64,000 bases of DNA from Antedon mediterranea (lineage: Eukaryota > Animalia > Echinodermata): positions 22,072,001 to 22,136,000 of the forward strand of contig NC_092674.1 of NCBI RefSeq assembly GCF_964355755.1, in the 5' to 3' direction. A model generated the notes under the pieces. That model saw only the letters and a program-made list of their open reading frames with translations, made no database searches and had not been told where the DNA came from. Both the position numbers and the translations under genes were made by a program. Shown in pieces: positions 37,101 through 51,062 of the stretch; position 1 is the first letter of the stretch, and every line of letters begins with the position of its first letter.

Positions 37101-40100
37101 AAACATTTATATTTTTTTAATTTGTTTGAAGTTCAACGAGAAACAACCAGATATTACCTCCTATTTACATGCTTTCATGAAGGGAGTCTCCAGAAATTTA
37201 GATTAGAATGCTATACAGAGTAAATAGTTTATTTGATTTGTGTTTATTTTGTTAAGTAGGCAATACTTCCGAAATCTAACATAAACAGTATTTCCAACAA
37301 CATTTTGTGCGTTAACATTATTTTTCCCATTATTATTTCTAATATGTAATAAAACGACCTTAATTTCTAGATCTATGTTGTTTTTAGAAACTAGGCCTAT
37401 TCATGTTCCAAACTGATGCTTTTCATGTTGTAAATAGTAATTCTAGTTTACGCATATGAATATTAATATTATTAACATTTTGCTGACGAACAATAGTTTC
37501 AGACTTATGTTCGACTATTCTACGTTTAGGCACAAAGATCATTTGTTATTCTAATTTCCTTTTTACTTTTAAATAGTGTTTAGATTATTACTTTAATATA
37601 AACATACAAAATATGACAAAACAAAAAAATATTTACCTTTTTTTGTGAATAAACAAAAGATTATACCAGTGTCGAGTTTAAAAAGATTTCCACTTCGTGC
37701 CGTTTGTAATAGCAATACTAGGCTAAACACAATACATACAAGTTATGCATGACTGACTTTCAAACTAATGACATGCGCATTTACCCAAATGATTATTCAA
37801 GTTATATCGAGTGTAATGTATGTGTTATTTCCTATTTTTTCTATAAATAATTCGCTCTAATTCGGCCAATCATGTATTGCAAACTTCGTGCCGTTTGTAA
37901 TAGTAATATTAAACAGAATACACACATGTTATGCATGAATGACTTTGAAACTAATGACATGCGCATTGAAACGAATGATTATGCAAGTTATATCTTGGAG
38001 TTTACCCCATGGTTATGATGTGCAATGTATGCTTTAATTTTTTTCTTTTTTTTCTTTTGATGATTCGCTCTAATTCGGCCAACCAAGTAGGCCTATTGCA
38101 ATTGTCGAAAATCTGTCTTCTTCACTCTTTCTTTCCTACTTGTTCCCGTTCTCAAATTTGCTATTTGTACGAATAATTTGCCATGGTCTGGTATATGAAA
38201 TGTGAGCTTTCTGAATGATTATTTTAGGTTGGCACTAGCACTTTAAAATTGACAGAATCATTCTTTTTAAGCGGGAATAGACAATACAAACTAACATAAA
38301 GTAGCCCGTAAAGTAAGCCATGTTACAACAATCTTAATTTAGTAGTAGGCCTAATTAAAGTTGTGTGATCTCTGTCGGTTACTTAAGCCATGTCACGTGT
38401 ACGGTAGCATTTTGCTACTGTATTGCGTTGCAGCTACTGTTACGCCTACATGTCAATGTGAACTGAGTATGACCTGTATTGCCTATTAACTAGCTGTGAC
38501 TTTCTGTATTAATAACTAAACAACAAAGGGGTTTGTCGTTGCTGTCAAAAAACTAGGCATAGTTAAGCGGGTACAGTAATAGTCAGAAACATTGTGTCTA
38601 ATGATAGTAGCCTACAATTGTTTCTGCTCATGTACGATTTGAAAATTAACGTTTTAAAGTTCAATCGTGTTTACTTCTACATTTATATAAAATATGCTTA
38701 GTTCTTAGATGTTTTTATGTTTAAATGTTCGAAACGAAAATAATTTTCCTGCTAATGTCGCAATATTCTGTCTATTGTCTTTTAAGATTAATGAATGACT
38801 GTTCTGAATTTTTTAAATCAGGATTATTATAACACTTATAAATAAATATTGTATGCCTGCCATCGGTTTTATTTAGTTTAATGTCTTAATTGTTTTCCAT
38901 TTTCTTGACCGAACTCTAGATCTTATGACGCCAAGTTATTGTATATTTCTAGTTTCTCTGTTTTTCATGGTTTGACTGAAACAAAATATCTATCATATTT
39001 ATTACAGTATGGTAGTTTATATTTATTGTTCAATAATAAAACATTACATGTTTACATTTCTAAGATGTTTACATTGTTTTTCTAACAATAACATACTGTA
39101 TTTATTTCCAAGTAAAATGATCTCATTGTGGTAATAGTTCAGTATTGAATCCGGAAAATTGATATAGAGAAAATCATTGGAAGGTTACTGAATTAATTCG
39201 TAGAATAAACCAGAATTTGCAAATTCAGAAGTTTTACCATTCACATCAACAAAACGATGTGCCGGAAGTACTAAAAAATCTTACAACACTATTTCAATTG
39301 TATATAAGTCACGTAAACGGAACAATATATACCTGCTTATTGAATCAATATTATGCATAGTATCTTTATTCATCCTTCAGAAGGAAATTATTAAAAATAA
39401 CATATACACTTTAAAAATAAAAACAATCCCCACTGAGATACCCACAGCATTGTCATTAATTTCATATGCATATAGTATGAAAACATAAATATTATATTGT
39501 AAAACATAGTGTATTATTTAAATATTCGTATAAATAGCGACATAACGATTACATCCAATTACCTATTCAACATAATGTTTTTTTTCTCTTTCGTGGTTGT
39601 AGCCCACTTTTATTCATTCTTTCATTCCATGACGAAAATATAAACAATAAAAAAAATATGTGTTTATAACATGTAATTACGTACTATATCTTTTTTTAAT
39701 GGCCAACGTGTAGAAGCGTTTATTTTTCTATTTTTCCTTTTTTCCTTTTCCATTTTATAGATAAAATACGATCAGTGTTTAAAAAAACTAAAAAACAGTT
39801 AATACAATATTCTTTAAAGACAAAAAGACGAGCTTGCATTTCGATTTTAAGAAATGTGATTCAATCATTAATTTCTCTTTTACATTAAACAATTTATTGT
39901 GAACTTTGTTTACATTATAAGCATATTGATAGCTATTGCATTTCTGAGTTCTACTCGGAACAAGCTCAAAATCATTGTTGATCGTTTTGTATGTTCAACA
40001 TAATGTTCATGCAATATCCGATTTCCGAACAAAAATGGGCCTAAAAGAGCATATAGGCCTACATACAATATTTAAACAAATCTAGGCATTGAGGAGGAAT

Positions 40101-40704
40101 TTCCAAATTATGTCCTAACCATTAGACCACTAAGACTTGCATGGCATTTTTTGATAGTGAATATTTAACCCTCGGGGTGGTACGGCGAAGGTTGTACGCA
40201 CATGCAACAGCTTAATCTGAATATTTGTACTGCAAAAAATTAATATTAGATGCAAAGTATTGTATTCTTATATTTTCTGATTGTATGGATCACATGTTGT
40301 AGCATTATGACATTCAATCAACAGTCGATAGGAACATTAATCAAAACAGGTATCTGGTGCTAGTCAATTTAACATCATGCTTATAATTAAATTTAATAAA
40401 ATTTAAATTCAACAAAATAGTGAAAGTTTATGGAGTGAAATATTAGTAATCCGTCAAAAACAATTTGGCAACAAGTATAATTATCTACAAGAACAATCAA
40501 AAGAAAATGTTATAAAGATTGGTATATAACATATTTAATGAAATGTTATCACATATACTATTAATGCTATAAATGTATATTGTAGAGGGAGTATAACCTC
40601 TTTTTTTGTTTTAAAGTTTGACTATATTAAACGAGCTTTGTCGATATTGAACGAGTTATGATGGCTATTATCTAAGATGAAGTGCAACTGATCTTACACT
40701 ATAC

Positions 40705-42040
40705 TTAATCAATCTCTAACCCAGGAAAGTATAACCTCTTTGTTAAAGTGTATTGGGGAGATGGAACCTGACCGCCACCGCCGCTGGTTTTCTTGCAGCT
40801 GGTAATCTTGAAGCTGGCAATCCTGCGGCTGGTAATCTTGCTTACTTCATAATTCACATGTGTTAGAATATCTAGAATGTGATCGGTATGATGACGTTCT
40901 TCCAAAGCTTTTGTAAGATTTCTAATGAAATACGAACCATGTTTCCTGTTCCTCTTTGCCTTTGCAAGAGGTGTTGTCGCGTATCCAAGAAGAAAATCGG
41001 GGACGCTGGGATTGTTTTCAGGAGTAAGCTTGTCTTCCTCTGTTTGTTTATAATTTCGACACGCTTGTATAAAAAATACTTTTGGTTTGCGGCTAAGACT
41101 TTCACATTTATCTGGTCGAAGACCATCGGCGAGTTCTATTATATTACAAGTCTCTCCATCACTACCCGCAACTGTGCCAAGACCACCATGAGACAGTATA
41201 CAGCAAACAAAACAATCATATTCTGTATGATCACGTTTTTGCATGTCAGACATCACATCCTTCATCTCCTGAGAAGTTTGGTTGCGTTTCACCTCAACCA
41301 GGAATCCCAAATATTCAAAAACACACTTGAGATTCACTAATTTGATAATGGAAATGATGGCAATTAAATCTTACATATTTATTATAATAGCAGTTTCTGC
41401 TAAGAAATTTGACATGCCTGTCACATGGTTAACACATATCAATATTACATATATTGCATAGGCCTATTATCCTTCTACAAATAGAATTCAGTTAAAATAA
41501 ATACAAAGAAAAACAATATTTTGTATATACCTTCATCGACTTTAGAACCTTTTCTTTTCTTCAATCTTCTTCCTTGTGTAAACGTAATGTTGTTAACAAT
41601 TAGGCATATTCCACGTGGAACGCGGGTCATGCTGTATTGGGGCGGTCTTTCGCATTCTGATAAAAGTAGAAATGAATTATTATTGTTAAATAAAATAATT
41701 ATTACATTATTATTATTATTATTATTATAAATTAGCTTTAAGTATATATTAGGGTTTTAAATTGAAAGTGGAATAATTATATTTAAATCAGTAATTATGA
41801 TTATAAATCATTCGAATAAAAGTAGAGTGACATTCCAATATCATTTAAATTGACCACAGTAAAATAAGTATCAATCTTACCGACAGACGAAAATGTGTTT
41901 TTAATGCGTTGACAATTCAACTATAGAATAGTTGCATTGTCATTCAAACGTTTAATACAAAGGTAATCGGGTAAGAACATTGTAACTTGTATGTTGGAAA
42001 TACCTACCGACATCTTCTGCTTTTGGTATAACGTCAGCAT
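40705..42040 (-). CDS. Short-prodomain caspase-8-like paralog, about 276 aa (SHG, QACRN)
   Basis: Exons 42040-42008 (MLTLYQKQKMS) and 41920-41881 (both tentative), 41656-41531 (PRGICLIVNN) and 41336-40705; canonical splice sites, open frame. Confidence 0.85.
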
Positions 42041-43429
42041 TAATGCTATAAATAATAATTTAAATACATCAGCAAAATAGAATGATTTATCTAATAAGCT
42101 TTACATATTTTTCCATATAATATACTTCATCTATCAGAAGAGTAGCCAATAATATCTCTTATGAAATGAAATTATGGATAGAACGTTAAAATACCGTTCG
42201 TTAAAAGATATACGAAAAACAATCGATCAATGTAAATACATATCGGTAACGGTTATTATCGGTATTCATATCATATAAAGATAATTGATTTTCAGGTAAA
42301 TATTTATTTCTGATTATTTCGCGAAATTGTCATGAAAAATTTGTCAGGCTGTACCAACCCTACCAGCCAAAAGCAACGTTATATTTTAATTTTCTTCCTA
42401 TTTAATTCCTAATATGTGATATAAAAAATATTACTAATGACTTAAATATGTTTACAATAACAATTTGATTACCTTTCGTTTGGGGAAGAGCATTGATTCT
42501 GCATTTTAGTTGGTAAGAATTAATTCCACTTCGTTCCGTTTGATTTTATTATTGCCTAACTATAATATTGATTATTCATGCGTGTAATGTGTTGAAATGC
42601 ATACATTACACGCATGAATGATTTTGAAAATATAAATAAATATATATACCATGAGAGCCCCAGTGGTCTAATGGTTAGTACATTTGCATATCAAACAGAA
42701 GGTCCGGGTTCGAGTCTCGGTTGGGGCGACTTTTTCTAATTCTCAAAGATAAGTATAATAAAATATGATATCAAAAGTTCACATATACTAAAGTTTAGCA
42801 GGTTTTACGGTTCTGCTTCACAAACGAAAAGATGTGTCCATTATATCATAGTGAAATTCGGTAATACATATCTCATGTGTGTATCATATGTGCTTTATCA
42901 TGTAAAGTTAGGTTAAGGTACATAATACAAGTGATACACATTGTGCATGATTTTTGTCCAGGTTTACGTAGGCTTCGTGAAATGACAAATGCCATAATTA
43001 TATATACATGATAGCTATGTTAGTTATGGTGGAGAGAGTCGCCGTATTCCTTTAAAGAAATTTCTATATTTTTCTGAAGAAATATATGTCCACCCGATTT
43101 TGCTACTGTCCACAGGTGCTATCTGTAAAACTATAGCAAGTTATACACGTTGCTGTCTGCTATAAATGCTGTACTTTTAACACACGGTACACTGTCTGTA
43201 GCACAGTGTGTGTTGACAATTTATAATGATGTACAACCATAGGCAGGTTTTCGTACTGCCATGCAAGAATGGATAGGTGTTTTCCGCCGCTTTTAGGCTT
43301 TCTAGTCAATTATTGTTATTATTATACGAATTACGTAATTAGTCTAGTAGCTCATCTACCTTTTTAGCAGGGCATAATGAATATTGTAGCTAGGCTAGGC
43401 CTACTAGTCTAGCGGGAAATCAACCAATT

Positions 43430-43990
43430 ATTTGGTTGGATACGAGTTTAGGGTAGGAAGTTAAGTACGAGTTGGCATGGGTACGAGTCGACCAGGGGTG
43501 AATCGACCAGAGTACACCCGGCCGCCCTACTAGAGCATAGGCTACAGGCCTGCAGGAATGGGAAATCTGTCCTAGCTATAGGCATAGGCCTACATTGGGA
43601 CGCCCAAAAAAGCCATCCTATGAGCATAAAAAGGCCTCGTAGAGCCAGACATGTTAACATATACTACACAGTACTAGTACGTCTACCATTTATTATAGTT
43701 CCATGGTACTACGGATCACTACAATCTAGGTCTAGCAGGCTAGGGTAGGGTTCCAGTAATTTCGGTCGCGTTTTTCCAGGGGGGCATGTGAGAGGTGAAG
43801 TAGGTTAGCCCAGCTAGGCTAAACTAACATGTAAGTAGTATTCTACCATGGGATGGGAACGAGTCGGCATGGGGGTACGGGTTGATCTTTATCCGTATTC
43901 TAGGGTGCTGGTCAACCCGTAACGTACCCATGTCAACTCGTACCAAACTTGGCTAACTCGTACCCAAATAATTGGTCAACTCGTACCAAT
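43430..43990. repeat. MITE-like region with inverted arrays of GGTACGAGTTG(A/G)C
   Basis: GTACGAGT(T/C)G units at 43440-43495 and the inverse CAACTCGTACC units at 43930-43988. Confidence 0.45.
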
Positions 43991-46964
43991 AGCTTTATGG
44001 CTTTATTGATAGCTGGGTTCAAATCTAGGTTGGGACGGTTTTTTCTCATTCTAAAACAGATTTCCTTATAATAATAAAATAATATCGACCTATAAATTTA
44101 ACTGTAATATTGTATTGTATACATAGGCCTAATATTAGTAGTAATAGTAATTCCCATTGCATTATTTTATTATTATAATATATTTTACGGTTACCCCTTA
44201 ATTATACTATAGTATAACTTCCTTGTTATATTTTACAATATTTTCTTCATAATTCAAAAATTTTTTTTCACTTATCAAACTGAATCATCACACACCAAAT
44301 CTCATGAAATCTCTAGTGTATTTCTCCAAGCTAATCCAGCTACATGGTATTGCCTTGAGGCTAAACTACACTGTATACTGGGCACTACCATCATTCCTGG
44401 CCCGTCAACTTGGACCACATTATGGTTCAACACAGTCGTGTACTACTGATTCCAAATAGTGAATTACATCCTGTGGTCAAGGATTTATTTGCACTTATGC
44501 TTATTTCCTCCAACATACAGAGTACGTAGGGCTTTTAATTTGCTTTTATACCTGTTAATTAAAAAATCGTTTATGCCTATTGTTGCATAAAGATCAAATT
44601 TAGACTGTAAATACTGGGATGATCACCCTAAATTTTCTTTTTCATTGAACAATTTTATATTTCACAGCCAGAAAAAAGCATACAGGTTTTTTTTTATTCA
44701 TAACTGTTGAATTGCATCCCAATACATGGTACCTATTGGTATTATATCTATAATAATAAAGTACTCTCTTATAAATAGATGTATCTCTCCAAACTACTCC
44801 AACTACCTAATCTAATAATAGTACTATTAGCATACTAGGCCTACTGTACACTTTGTAGACAAGAAATAAGTTGTATCCACCTAGAGGACTTATGTTAGTA
44901 CTGTACAGTCGATCGTCCTCTCACTGGTCTGGTCAACATAATCTACGCCTAGATTATTACAGTAATTAAAGTACATTATTACAGAGATTTTTTTTTTTCA
45001 GAAATCAAAGTTATGTGTATAGAAAGCAGTACTCGTATTAAAAACTAAGCAGGTTGTACTCTTGAACGCAAACTGGCAGGAAAATTTTGAATATTTGTTG
45101 TTGTTGAAATGATGGAATCCTAACTTCAATTTCCACGAACTGGAGACGAAGACATATTACAACCCTTATATTTAAATTTTTTTGGATAGAGCTCCATGTA
45201 AATTCATTAAAGGCTATATGATTGTTTTATATTTTAATATGTGATAGTAGAAAATCATTGTGTATAATGAGGACTATGAATCTGATATTTACTTGCATTC
45301 TCATCTTTTTAAAATTTTATTTATAATGCTGGTAATGAATTTACTATTGAAAAAGTCATGTGTCCACTTATCTCAAATTGTGGCACACCTCTAACCTTGG
45401 TAATAATAATAATAATAATAAGATTTTTATAGCGCACATACCACTCCAGAGTGCTCAAGAACTGACTGTGTTCTATATGAGTACATTTAATTTGCCATAT
45501 AGTAGTGTTTCCACCATACTTCAACCTGGTAGTTGAATACATTTCATCGGGGTAAAATTATCACCTTTAACATAAAGTATCCTCCTGAAACATGTATTTG
45601 TACTGTACTGCATCTACTATTCATTTAATTACTTAATACTAATTTGGGTGATTTATGTCTAACTTCAGGAATGATCTGAGGCTAGAAGAACGAATTTCTG
45701 CACATATAATTTATATAAAAAATAAACCAATGTTTTCCTAAAAATTTAACCCCTAGGTTGATAACTAACAAAGAAATTATTGAAATTGTGTTCTCACAAT
45801 ATATGTGTACTGTATCTACATATGCATACTGCTGTACTTGTTTTTAACCGCAAAATGGCATTAAAAAAAAGAATGTTTTATAATTATTATGTTGTTTCCA
45901 AATATTAAAGGTCTGAAACAGAAACTAAATGTTACCAAACTATGTTTTTGAAAATCTCTATGATATAATATAATAATATGAACATAATATTAAATTATAT
46001 TGACTATTTTTGATAATCATCATGTCCTTATAAATTCATTTATATTTCTTTTGTGTAATATAGTTCATATATTATGTATTAAATAAATTGGTAAGGCCCT
46101 ATACTGTTTATATTTAAGGAAAGTTTATATACACTATTATTTTATGCCTACCAATATTAGTATTAATTGTTTATGTAACTATTTTGTCTAATTGCATTAA
46201 TTTTTTGTATAGGCCAATGGCATTAATGTTTTCTCAAATCAAATTAGCCTAATAATGCCATATTTAGAAACATAATTCATTGATTTCTGATATTCTGTAC
46301 TTGTGTATGCATTACTAAAATAGTAGTTATTTTATTTCATTTATAATGTATGTATAAACTTTTATTCAGTTTTTTTTTTTACATTTTTAAGTTTAAAAAT
46401 TATTAAAATACCTATCTACCTTTCTGTTATTGTTACTATTATAATATTTTTTGAGGCAGATTGATTTCAATAAAAAAAATTTAAACAATCAATTTGATTT
46501 ATACTGTACTATGTTAGTTCAGTGTTGGTAGAATCTGGTGTGTTGGAGGTTGGTGATGTGAGGTGTATTTTTGTCACTTTAAGACCTAAATTAGATGTTT
46601 TCTGAAGAAAAGAAGTAAGTGGATAGGCTTTCAAACAACTCCAAGAAGATTCACACAAAAATAATTACTTCCCAATAAAATAGTATGTAACAGTGTATAT
46701 TACACTACATTGAATAAACTCGAGCGGAAAAATAACACGCATAAAAAAATCATTCATTTCCTTGTCGAAAAGCGCACTCTCTAGTTTTCTATTAATTTAT
46801 TAATAATTATTATTAATTAATGAGTAATATAAACTTATTTTTAACATTTAATGCTGGAAGCTGATTCTACTCCTAACAAGGTGTCATACCTCCAAATTTC
46901 GTCAACGTATTCAAAGCAGTTCAATAAATATCACATTGAACATTAACAAGGCCAACAGCCATTA

Positions 46965-47750
46965 AGTCGCGTGCTACAATGCATAGTGATACCGGACCGA
47001 CAGACAAACAGACCGACAGACAGACCGACAGACAGACGGACCGACCGACATAGTGAACTATACTGACCGAAATTACTGAACATGTTTAAAAATGTTGAAA
47101 TGTTTAAAAACATTTATATTTTTTTTAATTTACACGTGCGTAGCCTGTCACTTTTGACGTGCTCGTATAACGTAATTTCGAGTTGAAAAGTAAGTCAAGA
47201 AAACAGAAATCAGGCAAAAAGAGTGCGCAAAAACATTTAACGCGCAGTGCGCGCGCAAAAATCTGCGCACTCATGGCAATTTTGTAAACGCTTAAAATTG
47301 CCTGAAACGTACTCTTATTTCATCGAAAAAATTGAAAATTTTAAGCGCGCGTACGCATGCGTTACATGCGCTACGCACGTAATTGTATTGCCATATGATG
47401 ATTTATGCCCTGAAATTTATGAGTACCAAATTTTATTTAATTGTGATTCATGGTTGTTAAGATATGATTACAAACGTGATTTCGTTAAATCGTGCGTAGA
47501 CCGCGTAATTTTTTATTGCGCACCGTGAAAACATAACCACATCGATTCCTGGCCATAAGGAATATTCTGTGAAAAATTTACTTAGCTAGATTAAACTGAT
47601 ATCAAGATATGGTCATAAAGCGATAAAACGCATAGTGATACCGGACCGACAGACAGACAGACAGACCGACAGACAGACCGACAGACAGACAGACAGACAG
47701 ACCGACCGACCGACATAGTGAACTATAGAGTCGCTTCCACGCGACTAAAA
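46965..47750 (-). mobile_element. DINE-1/HINE-like element with (GACA/GACC)n
   Basis: Ends GAGTCGCTTCCACGCGACTAAAA; body shared with 36415-36975. Confidence 0.75.
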
Positions 47751-48055
47751 ATTAGGGTTATGGATAGAATTTTGCTTAAGCAGATCCTCAAGAACTCCTA
47801 TGACGTCTTTTCTCGTTTCATTTTCATTTTCTTGTACATCATTTGCATGACTGTCAAGTTCGATTTCCTCACTACATTCGGCTGAATGGGTTTCTTCTTC
47901 GTCACTGACACTAGAAATGTGAGAGAATTGTGGTAACTGCTGTTTTGTTTCTAATGTTTGATGCTGTTTTTCTGCTGCATCGCTTGTGTTGTTTTTACAG
48001 TTCTTTGCTAAGTGGCCAGTTTTATTACAGATGTAGCATGACATTTTCTCGAGTA
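47751..48055 (-). mobile_element. Gag/ORF1-type zinc-knuckle fragment
   Basis: CYICNKTGHLAKNC (CX2CX4HX4C) in ORF 47745..48131. Confidence 0.6.
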
Positions 48056-48059
48056 ATTT

Positions 48060-50605
48060 TGGACATGTTTCTGTATAGCGAGGTGTTGGCGGTCTTAAAT
48101 TGAACACCCCTCTAAGAAATCTCTTAATCATTGGTTGATTACCAATACTAGTGAAATGTCACATCTAATGTTATAACTGATGTCACAGCCAGAGCGCTCT
48201 TTGCTGTGTTGATGGCACTATATCCGAGTCCATTTTGGTACTGTCTCCAAGGAAAGTTAGGACTTCGCCAGGAGTTGTTTGCATCGGATTAGTTTTCCTT
48301 TCAACGCAAAACTGCATCCATTGTTTGAGGTAGGTTTGATACTGTTTCCTCGTTGATCCCCTCTATGATTCCAAAATGATGGCTTGAGCTGAGCTTGGTA
48401 TTCAATTTGTCTTGAGTGATTCCAGGATAATCTGCAACATAATAATTGTAATTTATGAGATAGTGGGTGTTCCGCATTTGACCCCACCAAACCCAGTGTA
48501 TTTTTTCCCTTCTGGCAACACCACCGGGTCATCAATTAGCATTTTTTAATAATCTTGGGAACCATGGCTGAGTTGGCCATTTTGGTACTATTAATGTACC
48601 CTCTGCCCGATCCTGGGAAATTGTTGGTAAACACCTATCTATTACACTAAATTATGGCAATGCATACAACTTTAGATCACCTAAGTTTACTGTAAAAGCA
48701 TCTACAGCCACTGCTCCTGGGTCAGTGTGCCAAGATATGTAACATGGTAGTTGTTTATTTAGTCTGGTTGCGAATAGGTCAATATTTTCTTCGCCTATAA
48801 TACTCTTTTTTGGGTTATTAATTTCCATAAAATTATGTCTGTATGAAGCGTCCATTCGGATTGCTTCTTAAAAACCTAGATTATGTTTTACTCGTGGTAG
48901 GTATGCAGCTGATACCCATATTTGTCTAGCGGCACACCATTCCCACAATGATAATGCTAATAATTTACATTTTGTGGATTTTATTCAACCCATGTTATTT
49001 ATGTAGGTCACGGCTGTGACATTATCAAGTCGAAGGCGATAATGGACATTGTTAACATGTTTACAGAAGGATTGTAAAGCAAAAAAGGCTGCTTGCAGTT
49101 CCAAATAATTTATATTTGGTCCTATAACTTTAATATCTTCATTTGCTTTCCATCTGCCACCTATCTAGGCCGAGCAGTTTGAAGCTCCCCGTCCCAAACC
49201 ACTGGCATCAGTTTCTAGAATTATTACTGGGATTGGTTTGTGAATGTGCCTATTTGACTGCCTTATATTAACTAGCCACCATCCAGCTTCCCTTTTTATA
49301 TTCGCAGTTACTCGTATTTTTGCATCGTAGTTACCCTTATTAATTGTTAGGGCTTTTTCCCCTTGCCAGAAAAACATTAAGTATTTTCGGTGTAATTTGT
49401 GTATCAAAACAGAGTAGTATGCATCTTTCAGGTCTAATGATGCCATGAAACAGTCCTTTCTGGCAGCCTTATCAAACGTATCCATTTTAAAATGGTGATA
49501 TTGGACATAATTCAAGTATCACTCGAATACCCCCACCCTTTTTCGATCTCGTAAATATATTTGAGATGAACTCTCCAGTTTCTAATGTAGTTTGTTCTAT
49601 TACCCCCTTTTTTGTGAGTAATTTAATTTCATTATTAACGGCCTCAATCTCATAAGGTTTGAGTTTATTTATGGGTATGGAACCCATGTTGGTACAGGGG
49701 GGCGGGGGACACTATCAAACTTTTATAGCCTTGTATAATAGTCAGCATATTAGGGTCTGACGTATATTTTTTCCACTGTTCTAGCTTTGATGATAGTTGT
49801 CCCCCTTGAAATAATATTTCTTTCCCTTCTGGGTAGTTATAGAGTATACATACCTCATCCCCAGCATTTACTTTCCTGGAGTTTTGGCTTTGAAGGTCTG
49901 CCTTGTCGATAATGGTTTCCTCTTGGTTAGTTCATGTAGCTCTTCCCTAAAAAAGGTGTCCCTTGTTTGGGTGATTTCTATATGCGCCCCTACCTCGATA
50001 AGGTACTCGAAAAGACTGTGTTCCTTTTGAGTGGCTATATCTTGTGACAGTAGCGCCAACACCTCTTCCTGAACCGGTGTTGTTTGACCCTGCTGAGTCG
50101 TTAGCAGTGCAGTTATACCACTGATAAGAGGTATCTGAATCCTCTGTAATCAGAGGTCTTTTGACCTCGAGCTAGCAGTTACATTTTCCCATATAATCGG
50201 GTTCTCCTTAGGAACCAATAAGTTCGGGATATTATTTCCCGGAGTGGGGTATTTCTCCATGGTTTTTGTCATGTCTCTTCACCCAATTTTTCTGAAATCT
50301 TTACCTACGGCTGTTTGCCAGCTTGTCGTAAACGTTTGGCCCAGTGGGCATGTTGACCTTGAATCTATTTTCAAACCCAATAGATTCGCTTTCTATAGAT
50401 TTATCATATCTATGATTGTTGCCCCCACCTCTGGGCATACGCTCCCTGTGGGAGACTTGGCCTGAATCCCTGTGGGAGGCTCAGCCGCAGAACCGGTTAA
50501 TTCTACCACATCATTTGGGTCTTGAATTACGTTCCCAGTAGGAGACTCAATTCTAGGCCTATAAGCATATGGGTTCTTCCCGTAATACTCGGAGTCATCA
50601 TACAT
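48060..50605 (-). mobile_element. Degenerate DIRS-type tyrosine-recombinase retrotransposon
   Basis: RT (HFKMD...ASLDLKDAYYSV), RNase H (LETDASGLG), methyltransferase-like (IDLFATRLNKQLPCYISW...DAF) and recombinase N-part (IKRFLRGVFNLRPPTPRY); many stops and deletions. Confidence 0.88.
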
Positions 50606-50609
50606 ACGG

Positions 50610-51062
50610 GTGTTGCTAAACATAACGATAATTAAGACTTTAATAATGCCCATGCTTACTTTCTTGTTTACTGTGATAACCAATCCACCTATATCATTTT
50701 TTAAAACATTATATAAAATTCTGTACACTTTCATTTGGAATCGCAAACCGGGTAAAATAAAGAGAAAAGTAATTATAAATACAATAGAAAACGATTTCTA
50801 GATTAAGACAACCGGGGTCGTTGGAAAGGCATATGGCGAGAGTTTTTACACCCGGCTTGGGGTAGTTTGATTTGGTATTGTAATATATCACATAATGACT
50901 CAATTCTCAATACAATAAGTGACAATGTGTTTTTATCTCAAGTAATTAAATGTTGGCTCTCTGTTACTTTTAAGCAAATAAATGAGGTTGTAACGTTCCA
51001 CAATGAAATGTTATGGTATAAGGTGAAACGATTTTTTTTATAAATTGCTATATGATAGGGGT
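50610..51062 (+). mobile_element. Tx1/L1-clade LINE ORF2 fragment, left part
   Basis: ITIIKTLIMP...FIWNRKPGKIKR; ends FYKLLYDRG at the insertion junction. Confidence 0.75.

Noticed and set aside
40872-41340. Antisense and alternate-frame ORFs over caspase exons (also 4817, 4934, 17202, 25778)
   Set aside because: Shadow frames of the real coding exons, with no independent motifs.
47745-48131. Novel recombinase-zinc knuckle fusion protein
   Set aside because: Chance in-frame junction of two transposon fragments ending in a repeat terminus.
48652-48855. Stand-alone DNA adenine methyltransferase gene
   Set aside because: It is the known methyltransferase-like domain of DIRS pol and is disrupted here.
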